Positions 61,901 to 64,000 of a stretch of DNA of 64,000 bases are shown piece after piece (position 1 is the first letter of the stretch; every line of letters begins with the position of its first letter). Below the pieces are notes generated by a model. The model was not told the DNA's origin. It saw only the letters and a list, made by a program, of their open reading frames with translations, and ran no database searches. Location of the stretch: the NCBI RefSeq assembly GCF_040938485.1, contig NW_027271056.1, positions 2,728,001-2,792,000 on the forward strand, written 5' to 3'. The DNA comes from Diadema antillarum (lineage: Eukaryota). The position numbers and the translations under genes were made by a program.

Positions 61901-64000
61901 CTGAAAAAAAAAAAAAAATCTCTTTTCCCCAACTCTCCATTTTTCCCTCTCTCTGTCGATTAATGTAATGCAATGCTTAATTTGTGCTCAACATTTACAA
62001 GAAAATCAATTCATTTGAGTGTGTTTCAAGCCTGCGGAGCTTTCAACACCTCAAGCAAACTCTCCCACATGTCTGGCGAACTTTACTTCCTCTTACTTTA
62101 ACCGCTCCTCCAGGTACTTCCCTTCACAAATACCACATCAAACTAATTGGAATTGGACGAGGGGCGCTATCCATTCCACTGGTGCTCATTTCATGCATCG
62201 CTTCTTGAGTGTGATATCATTCATGCTGCTTTAATATGATGAAACGAACTCACTTTCTACTCACAAGAGAAATCCTCTCCCCCCAAGTTTGACAATGATA
62301 GGACAGAAGGATTCGAAATTTGCGATGATGATGATGGTGATTGTGATGGTGCACGTGGAAATATAGGTAAGGCTCTTTGAATTTTGATGCATTCATGGGG
62401 AAGTGGGAGAAAGTAGATCGGTTCCCCTTGATTGAGATGACAAGAAGAAATACATGAAGCATAAGGGACATGAAACTCTTCTCTCTCTTATAGGTCAAGA
62501 CGGCATGCAGAGAAAAAAAAAGGGGAAGAAAAAGAATGAGAGATAAAATGTTGCAAAAAAATGTATTGAATACAATTACAATTGTCAGCATAATACAACA
62601 ATTTGCCAAGACTTGACTTTTTTTTTTTTTCATTTGACATACCTGGTAATCCCTGTTCTTTTCTGTTGTCATGACAGGATCATGTAAAATAGTTTTCATC
62701 AATATCAAAACATAAGTAAATGTTAAGCTGCATGTTTCATTACACTTTGAAAGAGACTTAAAGATGTGTGTATATTATTGAAAGCAGTGATGTGAAAAGA
62801 TTAAGTGTGCACCTGCGAGCTCCACCGCAAAGTAAGCTTTCATCCTACCTTTATCTCTCAAACACACTTGCTTTCCTGGACGTTTATGTGTCTTTCCACG
62901 AAGATTGTATGTAATCTCATACTGACTGGGAAAATTATGTAAAAGGATATGGCATTACGGTGTTGGAAGCAACAATTGTAGCAGCACTTTCAGGACTACA
63001 CATATATCACTTACATCAGGCAGATCGAAGTAAATATCCTCTTTGAGAAGGATCAGCACTCTTTGCTGGATGAAAGCAATAAATGTGAAATCTAAGACTT
63101 TGCCCGGATGAACATATCTTCTCTGCTATGTCACTCTAGAACTAAATGAGCAAGAATTTGTGTACCGACTTGGTTTGAATAAATGTCAAGTTTCATGAAA
63201 AAAAAATCTTGAAGTTCTTGCTGGATTCTGCAGAAATGTGAGAACGTAAAGGACGGATGTGAGGAAAATATCCGTGCAAATGCAATTAGGTGGAAGAAAA
63301 AAAAGTGCAACTGGTGGGTGCTGTTCACTTCTTGATTTCTGCAACCCTGTACTATACTGAAACAAAATATAAAACATGTGAGAAACAGAAATCATTCAAT
63401 GTGTAAAATTTCAAATGTCATTCGAGCAATAACCTCTCATGGCATGGACCATTTATATGATAGCTCAAAGGCATGAAATAGTCAACAAACAAAACAACAA
63501 CTTCTTTATAGTGTACTTGTGAAGAACACAGGCAGATGCAACATTGTTAGTGCTAAAATTTCTTCCCAGTGAATTAGGGTTTCAGCAAAAGGAAGACGAA
63601 GACTGTCAAGTCTCAATGAATTGAGCTACTCAAGGCTAGAGACTTTGTCCCCAAATCAGAAAGGTGGTTAAAATCCAATCCACAGGTTAAGTTTAGTCTG
63701 TGGTCTAAAATAACTGCAAAATGAGCACATGACACCACAATTTGCAATACTTATTAGGCTTGAACGTGAAAAAAAAATGGAACTTGACCTTGACCTTGAA
63801 CTCTATTCTGTCGCAAAACATGAGAGGATATGCTAGGTAAGATTCCCCCTCAAGGCATGGTGAAATTGTTCTGCACATAAAGCTGGCCCAATATACCTGA
63901 ACCCTTACCCTCAATCTTGGTATTTGCTGGCCCAACTTTTTTCCACTCACCCCCTCCCCTCTCTCTTTTATGATTCAGAAAAGAAATTTTGGGCAAGTAA

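Noticed and set aside
1-64000. CRISPR arrays, rRNA, snRNA, operon-like or prokaryotic systems
   Set aside because: I saw no regularly spaced repeat-spacer array, no recognisable structural RNA gene and no dense coding region. The sequence is intron-dominated eukaryotic DNA.

Overview
AT-rich eukaryotic genomic DNA. The repeat content and tRNA-derived SINE look echinoderm or sea-urchin-like (inference). The window lies entirely inside one minus-strand gene, CFAP410 (C21orf2), a ciliary leucine-rich-repeat protein. I could assemble four coding exons with canonical GT-AG sites and matching phases: a 19-nt microexon (46669-46687) and exons at 37509-37779, 19492-19657 and 3804-3894. The spliced product is (W)[183 protein letters not shown] did not find the first exon (MKLT...LNCW) or the conserved last exon; they probably lie beyond the right and left edges. 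The introns are very large (8.9, 17.9 and 15.6 kb). They hold non-autonomous DNA transposons/MITEs with recognisable TIRs and TSDs (piggyBac-, Kolobok-, hAT- and PIF/Harbinger-like, plus TA-flanked), microsatellites and a 132-N assembly gap. Apart from the ORFs overlapping these exons, the supplied ORFs are mostly spurious. I found no convincing novel multi-gene system. The best leads are unusual splice architecture at the 3' end of the gene, inverted repeat pairs flanking exons, candidate antisense exons and intronic RFX X-boxes.
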